A stretch of DNA of 10,000 nucleotides from Chaetodon trifascialis (GCF_039877785.1 NC_092066.1:5177152-5187151); one strand, 5' to 3'. Positions 1 through 8,664 are shown, counted from the first letter of the stretch. Numbers and translations are program-made. Notes: generated by a model not told the origin, from the letters alone.

Positions 1-280
1 ATCCAGAACACATATTCACAGTGCAGTGTCTTATTAACAAATACTGCACCAGAAATTTGCTCTGACATTATTTCCCTGTCTGTCTTTTCTGAAAGAAGAG
101 GTGTTTCTGCAAACAGCCCACATAGATTCGTCCTCTACAAGCAGGAGAGGAAGAAGAGGCGGTGCAGGACTTGATATTCATCCTGTTCCGCTTCTTCCTC
201 GTCCTTCATACCACTCTACCCTCCCACCCCTTCCTCAACCCAGCCTGCTGTCCTCTGCTCCGCCATCCCCAGGCCCTCAC

Positions 281-390
281 CAGAAATATCCCACACTCGC
301 ACGGTCTGGTCCAGACTGGCTGACACCACCAGGTCCTCGGATGGGTGGAACTGGGCACACATCACGTAGTGATTATGGCCGGTCAGCACA
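281..390 (-). CDS. COPA: COPA exon 6. Encodes (C)[36 protein letters not shown](G). It contains the codon orthologous to human Ile164.
   Basis: Acceptor tcatctgcag and donor gtgagg flank it. The translation matches human COPA residues 129-166 (T146S is the only change). The next exon (LRKKN...) is not found in 1-280 and must lie beyond the window edge. Confidence 0.9.
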
Positions 391-503
391 CTGCAGATGA
401 GAGGGAAAGATTGTTTAGCGAAATTGTGTTAAGCAGTTTTGGGGGGTGTTGCATGATAGAAAGTAATGTGTAGTAATTGTATTTCTCAGTCTAAAAAACG
501 TAC

Positions 504-580
504 CAGACGCAGGTCCTGGACTGCCAGTTCCAGATGCGAATAGTCTGATCATCTGAGGCGCTCAGAATCCAGGGGTACTC
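504..580 (-). CDS. COPA: COPA exon 5. Encodes EYPWILSASDDQTIRIWNWQSRTCV(C).
   Basis: Acceptor tttctgtag and donor gtacgt flank it. The translation matches human COPA residues 104-129 with one conservative V->I change. Confidence 0.9.
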
Positions 581-732
581 CTACAGAAATGGAGATGACG
601 GAATTCATTCATTCATTTCAAACAGACTTTTTGTACAGATGACAGGACACCAAGTCCTTGCCACTCTTGTATTTTAAAATCAGTGATGAGATAGATGAGA
701 AGCCGATATTTTAAAGTGGCAGAGCAACTCAC

Positions 733-813
733 ATGGTGGAAGAAGGTGGTTCTGATGTAGTCGAGGTGTCCAAGGAGAGTGAAGAGGCAGCGCCTCAGCT
801 TGTAGTTCCACAC
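733..813 (-). CDS. COPA: COPA exon 4. Encodes [27 protein letters not shown].
   Basis: This is part of the minus ORF 613-873. Acceptor ttttgaccag and donor gtgagt flank it. The translation is identical to human COPA residues 77-103. Confidence 0.92.
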
Positions 814-1095
814 CTGGTCAAAACAGGAATATTCACTCATAACATACATGTATAATGTAATAAATACTAACACAACACATGTTTTAATCCACAGGACATA
901 ACAGTGTGATGCAGCAGAGTATTAAACATCACATCTCTGACATCTAATGTAAATATTATAACTTAAAACTGAAGTTCTCAACATCAAGAAAAATGCATAC
1001 AAACAAAACTTTTGAAGCAGAACAGGAAATTACTTTATTTCAATAAACCTTCATGACATTTCTGTGACAATTTGCACGTTCCAAAGCAGCCTCAC

Positions 1096-1169
1096 CTTAA
1101 TTTTGTAGTCATCTCCTCCAGACACAAACAGAGGCTGCTGTTTGTGGAAATCAATTCCTCTGACGGGGC
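1096..1169 (-). CDS. COPA: COPA exon 3. Encodes (G)[24 protein letters not shown].
   Basis: Acceptor cccacag and donor gtgagg flank the exon. The translation is identical to human COPA residues 52-76. The split Gly codon (G + GC) joins exon 2 and exon 3 in frame. Confidence 0.9.
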
Positions 1170-1294
1170 CTGTGGGCGAAGACACATCATCACACATCTG
1201 ACATCAGCATCACATATGGTCTGTATGTATCAAGAGCACAGAGAGGACGTTGAAATAACAGCAACACACTGCATCAGCCACGTCGCTGCCTTAC

Positions 1295-1408
1295 CATCGT
1301 GCTCATCGAACTTGTCAATCAGAGTGCACATCCGATAGTCCCACAGCTGGATGACTCCGTTGTGCAAACTGGCAAGAACCCATGGCCTCTTTGGATGGAA
1401 ACTTAGGC
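1295..1408 (-). CDS. COPA: COPA exon 2. Encodes (G)[37 protein letters not shown](G).
   Basis: A tttcag acceptor sits upstream (1409-1414 minus) and a gtaagg donor downstream (1289-1294). The translation is collinear with human COPA residues 14-51. The phase is consistent with exon 1. Confidence 0.9.
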
Positions 1409-1736
1409 CTGAAACATAAGACAGTTTATCAGCTATCTCATAATATCAGTCGAAAACAGGCCGTTGTATTTCAGTCGATGAATGATCAGCTGATTACAGA
1501 TCAGCAAAGAAACAATATCAAGTGGTCAAGATTAGCTAAACAGTGGAGTTTGTTACGCTAGCTCGACAGCTAATGAGGAAGAGTACCGATAGTGTCCGTT
1601 CAACATCACATCTGGACACAAGACGTGGCATAAATTATTTAACGTTAGTTTGTGGTACATAAACCTCTAAAAACAAGCAACTGACTAATAAACAGACGTA
1701 ACTTTAAAACGACAAATAACTGAACCGGTTAACGTC

Positions 1737-1754
1737 AGCTAGCTAACGTTAGCT
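1737..1754. repeat. AGCTAGCTAACGTTAGCT, containing a perfect 14-bp palindrome AGCTAACGTTAGCT (1741-1754), in COPA intron 1.
   Basis: Reverse-complement identity was checked by hand. Related short palindromes are TTAGCTAA at 1542-1549, GCTAGC at 1557-1562, and GTTAGCTAAC at 8358-8367 in PEX19 intron 1. Confidence 0.7.
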
Positions 1755-1785
1755 CCTACGCTACCTGCAGCTGGCAAACTCTTAC

Positions 1786-1825
1786 CTTTAACACGGGCCG
1801 ACTTCGTTTCAAATTTAGTTAACAT
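1786..1825 (-). CDS. COPA: COPA (coatomer alpha) exon 1 coding part, phase-1 end. ATG is the complement of 1823-1825. Encodes MLTKFETKSARVK(G).
   Basis: Minus-strand translation matches the human COPA N-terminus MLTKFETKSARVKG exactly. A GTAAG donor follows immediately at 1781-1785 (minus). Minus-strand coordinates and the translation were derived by hand. Confidence 0.88.
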
Positions 1826-2080
1826 CGTCGCTTGACGGTAAAACAAGTAGTAATTTTAATGCTGTGGCACAACGTATCTCCAGCAGAACCGTAAAAACAA
1901 CTCAAATATTCCAGACAGGTGAGCTCAGGCGGCCTGATCGCCTTCGCCCATTGAGCCGATTCTCCTTTTTCCTGACACGTAGCTCGTTTTGTCTTCCGGT
2001 TTTGAACAATAAAGTTGTGCAGTGAAAACTTGACGCAGAAAGCTCCACGACGGCGGCAGCTAGAAATACAACAAATAGAA
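1826..2080 (-). promoter_or_regulatory. COPA: COPA 5' UTR and TATA-less core promoter region. The TSS is not resolved.
   Basis: The region lies directly upstream (minus strand) of the COPA ATG. It contains an ETS core CCGGAAG (complement of 1993-1999), a CRE-like TGACGCA (2031-2037), a CpG-rich stretch at 2040-2060 (acgacggcggc), and no TATA box. Confidence 0.4.
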
Positions 2081-3298
2081 CTGAACTGACAAGCGCCTTG
2101 TAGACTGAATACGTTAACATAACTACTCTATACAGTGTATTTCTATACTGTCTCGTTAAAGTGACCTATATACAAATAAAACCTTTTCAGACGTAAAAAG
2201 TATATTGAAACTACAGTATGTCTGTCTGTTGGGATGTTATTATTACCAAAAGGCAAATTTAGCAACTATTGTGGCGTTTTCTGTCATATTATATGATCTT
2301 CATCAGCTCATGGAGTTTTCCCAGTTGTCATTGAAATGTAGATACTTAAATGTACATTTTTTTCTGAGCACTTTCGCAACTTTCCATCCACATTGATTAA
2401 AAGCTTCATTTAGTAGCTCTTCTGGATCTTTCATTCTCATCACATGAACTTCAAGTGACCTGTTAAGTACTCAGAAAAAATAGAAATCTGGACATCTGCA
2501 ATTTCGTGGTATCTGGCTCCCATCTGCTGATGAAGAACATGTAATATGATCAAGACAGAAATAAAAACTAAAGATCCACTTAACAAAAAAAATGTGAAAT
2601 CTAAACTGAGAAAACTCAACTACAATCTCCAGAAAGAGACAGTAAGTGGACTTCGAGTTAAGATTTTCTAAGTACAGTATTCAGATCCTCTTTTTAAGAA
2701 CATCATAAAGAAATAAAAGTTCAATAAAGCTGCACTGTAAGTATCAAAAGGACTAATTATACAACTGAACTTTATTACTGATGCATGAACATGTAAGCAG
2801 CTTTTTCATGATATATATATAAACTCAACTCAAAAATCATATAAACCTTGTCACCTTTCATCATTTTCATTAGTCTTATACACGTTTATACATGCAGTAT
2901 ATTTATATGTAGATATATCTTGTTTTATATTCTTACTCTGCTTTATGTTTACTTTTAACACATCTTTCTCTCTGCACACTGGTTTGATGCACACACATTT
3001 TTTATGGTTCTGTCTTCATCTTTGATGTTTTGCCAGTTTTGTGCTCTGGTCTCACAGAAAAGACAAATAAGCTTGAAACATAAACACTGTCGGACAGTTT
3101 GATGTACAGCAATACATTTTTTGAAGCTAATCACAGCTTTTGATTCATCTGCAATGCAACTACTTGCTATAGTTGTCTGACCAACACATTAAATAGATAT
3201 ACTCGTGTATGTTTATCAAAATAGAATCAGAGCTGCATAAATGTACTTATCCTCTATCACTCACTTCTACTAATATAAAAGCAATGATGACAAATAAT

Positions 3299-3325
3299 CC
3301 ACAACAACAACAACAACAACAACAA
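3299..3325. repeat. (CAA)8 trinucleotide microsatellite, preceded by CCA.
   Basis: The run is read directly from the sequence. It produces the spurious poly-Q in ORF 3209-3433. Confidence 0.95.
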
Positions 3326-3450
3326 AAGTGTATTATATCATCATTTTATTTCATATATTTACAAAACAAAACTGTGTCAAATAACAGGTTGCATTTTTTA
3401 ACCGTGCTGTGGGCATGTTTTCATCAGCCCTGAGAGCTGAATAGATTTTC

Positions 3451-3470
3451 ACCCCCCACCCCCCCACCAC
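3451..3470. repeat. C-rich low-complexity tract (C6 A C7 ACCAC).
   Basis: Read directly from the sequence; it lies in intergenic DNA. Confidence 0.8.
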
Positions 3471-4128
3471 AGGCCTTTATGGACCTGCACAGCAGCCTCC
3501 CCTCAGCTGTGTTTCATGTCAATCTGATCTCTTCTCAGTGCACGGCTGACTGAATCCTTTCACAGTACTCCTTTATTATACAGTTATTGATGAGCTGATG
3601 GTCGTGTGATTTCTAGACCTCTCTCCACGGTCGCAGCGCTAAAATCTGCCCGCTGGCAATAGCAGCTGGTGAAAAGTGGCCGCTGGAGTAAACAAACCCA
3701 CCTACTGCAGCCAAAATGTGCTAACATCAGGCTGTTACCCGACAGTGCATGAATTACAGACATGTTTAGTTCTCTGCCTGTCACCTTTTCTGGAAAGAAC
3801 ATAATGTACTTTCAATGGAGGCTACAGGACATAGGTACATATTATCTCTCATGAAAGTTTTTCTTTCCTAGCTGGGACCGCATGCCGAGGAAAGTATCAC
3901 TCTGCACATTAAAAACACTGGGAATCACAAGGGAAGCACTTTGCACAGTAACTCTACACTATAATCATCACTGTAACCACAGCAAAGGCATCTGGGAATC
4001 AGCATCTCAATCACTTCAAATCAACGCCTGGGAATTGGGGACAACACTCGGGAGATTGGCTTCAATTAGTTAAATTAGTTGGCTGAATTACAGTAGGTGC
4101 TGGGAACATCTCAGTCTCATTTTGTCTT

Positions 4129-4844
4129 TTTAATTCTTTAAATTACCAACACTGTCATTAACATTTTTTCCAGTTTCCTAACATGATAATAGGGAATTAA
4201 CTCGTTAATTGAACTCCTGTAAAGCCTGAAACAGAGGTGTGTGTTTAGTGAAGTGCCAGAGAATCATCGCTACCCCGGTGTAAACCTGGGGCGGTATTGC
4301 AAAGTCACACTGATAAAACTATGATCTTTAGTGCTTAGCTGAATGATAACAACGTCTTTGCTCTATGCTGACACCTAAAGTAATAACTGTTTAACATTAA
4401 TAACAATAACATTTTCAAAGGCACTGTTTATACCCGTGAAGTGGTTTGATAGATTTGACCATGAGGCTAAACAGTGTTGTAAAAAACATGGAGAACGGCA
4501 GTGGTGTTTTCTTCTTAAAGAAAGCTGTTAAAACTAAACCGTGAAGGAGCGATGGGAACCGCTGACAGACTAATGCAGAGATGTTAAAATGTTCTCATTT
4601 GTGCGTTCAGTGATTTTAAACACGAGTGTGTGTGTGAGTGTGTGTAGTTCCTGTTGGTTTTCGTGCCTCCTCCTGATGTTTCTGCATCCACACACCTCCC
4701 ACTTGACGGAGAACAGTGTCGACGGTCTGGTCACCCTCCTGCCCGACCTTTGTTTCGCACTCCTTCGCTCCCTGCCTGTTGCTGACACACACTGAGTGAC
4801 CCCTATGGTTCCAGCGCTTCTGATTGGACCGCGCCGCTACCTGC
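4129..4844 (-). other. PEX19: PEX19 3' UTR; its extent is uncertain.
   Basis: This sequence lies downstream of the stop codon. There is no canonical AATAAA on the minus strand between 4080 and 4844. The nearest poly(A)-signal variant is ATTAAA (complement of 4129-4134). A (GT)n tract at 4626-4645 lies within the putative UTR. Confidence 0.3.
4626..4645. repeat. Imperfect (GT)n microsatellite in the PEX19 3' UTR.
   Basis: gtgtgtgtgtgagtgtgtgt. Confidence 0.85.
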
Positions 4845-4931
4845 TCACATGATGGAGCACTGCTCTGCCGGCCCTGTCCCAGGGAGTCCTGGGAGATTGA
4901 GGGACTCCATGTCAAAGTTAAAGCCGGGAGG
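4845..4931 (-). CDS. PEX19: PEX19 exon 8, the terminal coding exon, including the stop. Encodes PPGFNFDMESLNLPGLPGTGPAEQCSIM* with the CaaX farnesylation box CSIM.
   Basis: Acceptor ctcttcttccccttcag. The translation is collinear with the human PEX19 C-terminus PPGLNFDLDALNLSGPPGASGEQCLIM. The TGA stop is the complement of 4845-4847. Confidence 0.9.
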   Translation of the reverse strand, partial: PPGFNFDMESLNLPGLPGTGPAEQCSIM

Positions 4932-5631
4932 CTGAAGGGGAAGAAGAGACAAAGAACGCTGTTACGTCTAAGCTAGAGCTGGACGACCAGTGCTGGGGAT
5001 AACACATCACTGTGATCACATTACATTTGAGTGTAACGCAGTATTTTAGTAAGTCATTAATTTGCTTGATTAGCTGAGAAAAGAATTTCATGAGGGGTTA
5101 TTTTATCAATAAGCAGTTGTTGTTTTTTTTCCAGAAAACGTACTATGTTCATAAAACGACCTCAGTAAAAAGATATAATTGATTTTACTTATTTCCCACA
5201 ATGTCACCAAAAAAGTTTCATAAACACAGAGGTTATGGGAAGGCTGCTGCTGAGTGTATGTACGACAGGCAGCATAAGTGGTTTGAGTGTTTGATTAGTA
5301 AAGGGGAAAAAAGGTTGAGAGAAATAAGTGGTCTGGATTTGTGGAGTGCAATTTGCCAACTCAGCATTTTGTAAAACAGCTGGGTACTTGACAAATATAA
5401 TCTGGTGTACTTTGTATTTCGTGCAGCCTGTGTATTGTCACTATGGCTGTGCCAAGAAGTGTCTGTCAATCCAAATTAAATTGGAGAACATCATTAAAAA
5501 AAACATACATCATGACTAACAAATACACTCTAAAGCCCTCAGATGTCGAGATATTTACTGAAGACAGCAGTGAAACACGTCGAGTGCAGCCCACATATGC
5601 TGCTGTTGCCTGAGAGCAGTGGAAAACTTAC

Positions 5632-5676
5632 CGAGTCACCTGCAAGCTCTTTGGGTGGTTGGCCAAGGTCTTGCAG
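5632..5676 (-). CDS. PEX19: PEX19 exon 7. Encodes LQDLGQPPKELAGDS.
   Basis: Acceptor cttttacttccag and consensus donor gtaagt (5626-5631) flank it. It matches human LQDLGHPPKELAGEM. An upstream gtgact could in principle serve as a donor, but only the gtaagt donor keeps exon 8 in frame. Confidence 0.8.
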
Positions 5677-6190
5677 CTGGAAGTAAAAGCATTAAAATCT
5701 GTGATGAGCTTCATTCTTAACAAGCAAAGTTTATTCTGGAGCTACACTAATCATCATTTTTACATTCAAGTCAACACAAAGGAATATAAATTCATGTAAA
5801 TGTACGATACATGTTCGTATGCATGTACGTATTCAGAGCTCTGATACAGGCACATCTCTGTCTGCAGTCACCACTCCGCCCACAGTGCTGCTTCACACTG
5901 AAGTAAAACTTTTGTCACAGTTTGGAAGCGATGGCGTCCACTGCCTGTGATACTGGATGGGGTTCCTCTGGTAGTTATAGCTATTTAAGGTATGATGTCT
6001 GCATCAAGGAAGCACTAATGTAAGAACTCTATTAGCCACAGTGATGGCTGAATGTTGATTCACAGTGCAAATATTCAAGACCAAAGACTTAATAACAAAC
6101 CTACAAACAGATTGATTCTGATATCTTTTTTCTCAATTTTCATTGAGAAACTATTCCACGATCAAGGAGTCAAATGTAGGGTGTGTCTAC

Positions 6191-6361
6191 CTTCTGCATC
6201 AGGTCCATGATGCTCTCGAACATGCTTTCTTTATCCTCTGCCCCCTGCTCCTCCCTCTCAAAGTGCCTGCAGATCTCTCCCATGATATCGGCCTGCTGTG
6301 CATAGCGCTGGTAGTCCTCTGAGCTCAGGTTTGGCTTGTTGGCATCCAACCATTCGGGGTA
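6191..6361 (-). CDS. PEX19: PEX19 exon 6. Encodes YPEWLDANKPNLSSEDYQRYAQQADIMGEICRHFEREEQGAEDKESMFESIMDLMQK.
   Basis: Acceptor ccctcacag and donor gtagac flank it. It is part of the minus ORF 6170-6442. It matches human PEX19 YPEWLQSHRESLPPEQFEKYQEQHSVMCKICEQFE...RFEMVLDLMQQ. Confidence 0.9.
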
Positions 6362-6444
6362 CTGTGAGGGTGAATGACATTCATGAGTGACACCTGGTAG
6401 AGAAACTAGAGACGACAGCGAGTGCTTGTAAAACAGATGCAAAC

Positions 6445-6618
6445 CTTAGCGGTGATCTCTTTGAGGGATGGATAAAGCACTTCCTTAGAGAGAAGGTTCT
6501 GCATGATGGACTGCATGATGGGCAGGATGTTTGCGTCATCACTACCTCCCTCACTACCCTCATCCAATCCCAGGCCCTCTAGAGCCTTGACAAGGTCGTC
6601 TCCAGCCAGCCCCGTGGA
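6445..6618 (-). CDS. PEX19: PEX19 exon 5. Encodes STGLAGDDLVKALEGLGLDEGSEGGSDDANILPIMQSIMQNLLSKEVLYPSLKEITAK.
   Basis: Acceptor tccccttacag and donor gtttgc flank it. The segment NILPIMQSIMQNLLSK(E/D)VLYPSLKEIT is identical to human PEX19. Confidence 0.92.
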
Positions 6619-6698
6619 CTGTAAGGGGACAATACAGAGTCTGTAAACTGGTCTGTTTGCATCACAGCAACTGATCCTGTGAGCCTGATTTTACCCAC

Positions 6699-6784
6699 CT
6701 GCAGGTTGTCTGCATTTTTGGCCAGGCCACGGAGGGTTTCTTTAAGACAGGAAGTGAATTCTTGTTGGGAGGCGGTGTCAGTGC
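6699..6784 (-). CDS. PEX19: PEX19 exon 4. Encodes (G)TDTASQQEFTSCLKETLRGLAKNADNLQ.
   Basis: Acceptor tgttctgtgtag and donor gtgggt flank it. The translation SQQEFTSCLKETL(R/S)GLAKNA(D/T)(N/D)LQ is near-identical to human PEX19. It is part of the minus ORF 6579-6845. Confidence 0.92.
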
Positions 6785-6875
6785 CTACACAGAACACACA
6801 GATAACATGAAAGCTACAGGAGAAGCAGGCAGAGGAACGTATCAAGGCAGAAACACAGCAAATCGTGGAGCTTAC

Positions 6876-7038
6876 CGACTTTGCCTGCAGCCTCTGACAG
6901 TTTATGGAAGTGCTGCAGCAATTCTGGCTCCTCCTGGGCCAGCTCAGTCATAGCCTTCTCCCACTCCTCCTTGGCTTGGGCAGCCATGTCCCCCTCGAAG
7001 AGAGTCTCGAAGAGTTTGCAGTCTTCAAGCAGGGGCGG
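6876..7038 (-). CDS. PEX19: PEX19 exon 3. Encodes PPLLEDCKLFETLFEGDMAAQAKEEWEKAMTELAQEEPELLQHFHKLSEAAGKV(G).
   Basis: Acceptor ttacctctgtag and donor gtaagc flank it. The translation is collinear with human PEX19 FQELFDSELASQATAEFEKAMKELAEEEPHLVEQFQKLSEAAGRVG. Confidence 0.9.
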
Positions 7039-7379
7039 CTACAGAGGTAAACAGAAAACATGTAAAGTGCCTTTAAAGTGCCAAAAACTGTGAGCGAGCG
7101 CTAAACTGTATGAAGCCTGCTTTTAGTGGCTGAACTTTAAAATCTGTTTTTATCCTTTTCTTCCTAAATAACCTCTTTGCCATCACACCTTGAAATGTAC
7201 TGACTGTAATGATTCGTCTCTGCTGGACAACTCTTGATAAAACCATTTTTCACCAGATGACAGATGCAATTTTTAGAGTGTACAGTTGAAGAAAAGTGGA
7301 TGCTGTGTTAATACCGTCTGTGCATGTATGATTAAATAAGATGTGAACTCTGAAACGTCACAGACCACGTCAAACAGAC

Positions 7380-7474
7380 CTTCTCTGCGCCACTGCTGGC
7401 CGAGGCTGAGGAGGAGGCCGCTGCAGGTTCAGGAGCTGGAGGGGCCGACGTCTTATCAAAGTCTTCCAACGCAG
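7380..7474 (-). CDS. PEX19: PEX19 exon 2. Encodes (S)ALEDFDKTSAPPAPEPAAASSSASASSGAEK.
   Basis: Acceptor ctttctttcag and donor gtctgt flank it. The ALEDFDK motif plus a Pro/Ala/Ser-rich linker match the PEX19 N-terminal region. The frame is continuous with exon 1 (T + CT gives Ser). Confidence 0.85.
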
Positions 7475-7948
7475 CTGAAAGAAAGGAATAACATGAGAAA
7501 CATGCCAGTGGACCGTCAAAGAGTTTTAAAGGAGGAAATCAACAAGCTAAATGTTCAAATGTGGCCATTAACTACGTATTCATACATCAGTTTAAGCCGC
7601 AGCTGCAGAAAATGTACATCAAATGTCAACAAACAGCTTGTGCAGCATAGTCCAAAGCGTCCGAAGGCTCAACAATAACTCTTTTATACACTGTGTTTTC
7701 CTCACTGGTAATAACGACTTCTTTGGGGCAATCCAATGATGTTTTACGCTCTTTTAGAGCTGAGAAAAATAGCATTATAACGAGGTGTTGATTTAAGGTT
7801 ATTGTCATTTTGGAGGCTGTAGTGAGAACAGTTTACAGTTTAGCCTCATTGATATAAATGAGTTGGTCCTCTCATTAGAAGCAGAGCAACTCAACAGCAC
7901 CACAACCAGAAAGAAAGTTGAAATCAACATATTTCCACACTGCATCAG

Positions 7949-7972
7949 AAAAAAAAAAAAAAAAAAAAAAAA
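7949..7972. repeat. A24 homopolymer on the plus strand (T24 in the PEX19 pre-mRNA), inside PEX19 intron 1.
   Basis: Counted directly from the sequence. It may be the tail of an old retroposon, but no recognisable SINE body was identified upstream. Confidence 0.95.
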
Positions 7973-8578
7973 GACATTTAACTTTTAAACTTATCAAAGG
8001 TCGGATTTATTGCAGAGCTGATTTATTACACTGGATTACATTTAGCTAGGTGTAGCTGATAAAGCAACTGAACATAACGTAGATCTAGAAGAGCCGTATG
8101 ACCGTTACAGTAAGTACAGTACAGGTTTAGTACAAGTAAACACTACGAACCGAGTCATACGGAGACTCCACACCTGAAACGTTACACAGCACGAGTATAA
8201 AAAGCCGGATGGACGAAGGCTGCCGGCAGAGACAATGACTGACAGTTCAGCCGCCATGTTCCATCATCAGGCTTTCATTTAATCTAACGGCAACTGGCTT
8301 TCATTAAACAATTCAAGGGCAAACTCGCAATGTGTGACAACAGCTCGGTGGGTCTAAGTTAGCTAACATTCGCAACACGAGTTCGTTTAATCGCATACGT
8401 GTAAACACATGGCGGTGGATAACTGCGCTTCATGCGCTGACAACACGTATTTGATAGTTTTGGTGAATGACAGGATCGTCTGGTCTGACTTTCAGCGATA
8501 ACTTAAGCTACTTTGTCGGTATTTTGGACCTAAGCCGGCGGTCCCACTGAGCACGTATGCTAGCTGACCCTTACACAC

Positions 8579-8592
8579 GGGGGGGGGGGGGG
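8579..8592. repeat. G14 homopolymer on the plus strand (C14 in the PEX19 pre-mRNA), in PEX19 intron 1 about 70 bp from the exon 1 donor.
   Basis: Counted directly from the sequence. Confidence 0.95.
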
Positions 8593-8664
8593 TGTCCGTT
8601 TTAAATACCACAACAAACTGCGTAAAAAAAAGGGCCGTTGTTAAGACTTAATGTCAACACTTAC

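Noticed and set aside
1-280. Editing-complementary sequence for the COPA Ile164 site.
   Set aside because: Only a 6-bp complementary match was found (AAUAUC at minus of 174-180). The other tttctg-containing segments (84-93, 103-114) are direct repeats rather than complements of the exon end. The intron continues beyond the window, so absence here is not informative.
101-400. Plus-strand 99-aa proline-rich ORF.
   Set aside because: It is antisense to COPA exon 6 and its G-rich intron. Low-complexity poly-Pro translation results from reading a polypyrimidine tract. The minus strand carries a perfectly conserved COPA exon.
2100-3600. AT-rich intergenic block scanned for tRNA or other small RNA genes.
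   Set aside because: No tRNA A/B-box pattern (TRGCNNAGTGG ... GGTTCGANNCC) and no conserved structure were recognised. It appears to be low-complexity spacer DNA.
4616-4915. Minus-strand 99-aa ORF over the PEX19 terminal exon.
   Set aside because: It is in the wrong frame relative to the PEX19 reading frame. The correct frame gives the conserved PPGFNFD...CSIM* C-terminus, and the THTHTHT tail comes from the (GT)n repeat.
6170-6845. Three minus-strand ORFs (6170-6442, 6381-6563, 6579-6845) treated as independent genes.
   Set aside because: Each is simply a PEX19 exon read through into flanking intron. 6381-6563 is out of frame with exon 5. The real coding segments are the spliced exons listed.
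7343-7678. Plus-strand 111-aa ORF.
   Set aside because: It is antisense to PEX19 exon 2 and extends into intron 1, with no conservation signal.
7700-7948. SINE body upstream of the A24 tract.
   Set aside because: No tRNA-derived A/B boxes or recognisable SINE core were found, so the poly-A may just be a simple homopolymer. It is left as a repeat only.
8230-8480. Possible intronic C/D-box snoRNA in PEX19 intron 1 (TGATGA/CTGA-like words such as tcatca and ctga).
   Set aside because: The candidate C and D boxes on the transcribed strand are only ~15 nt apart, or lack a terminal stem. No convincing box C/D or H/ACA architecture was found.
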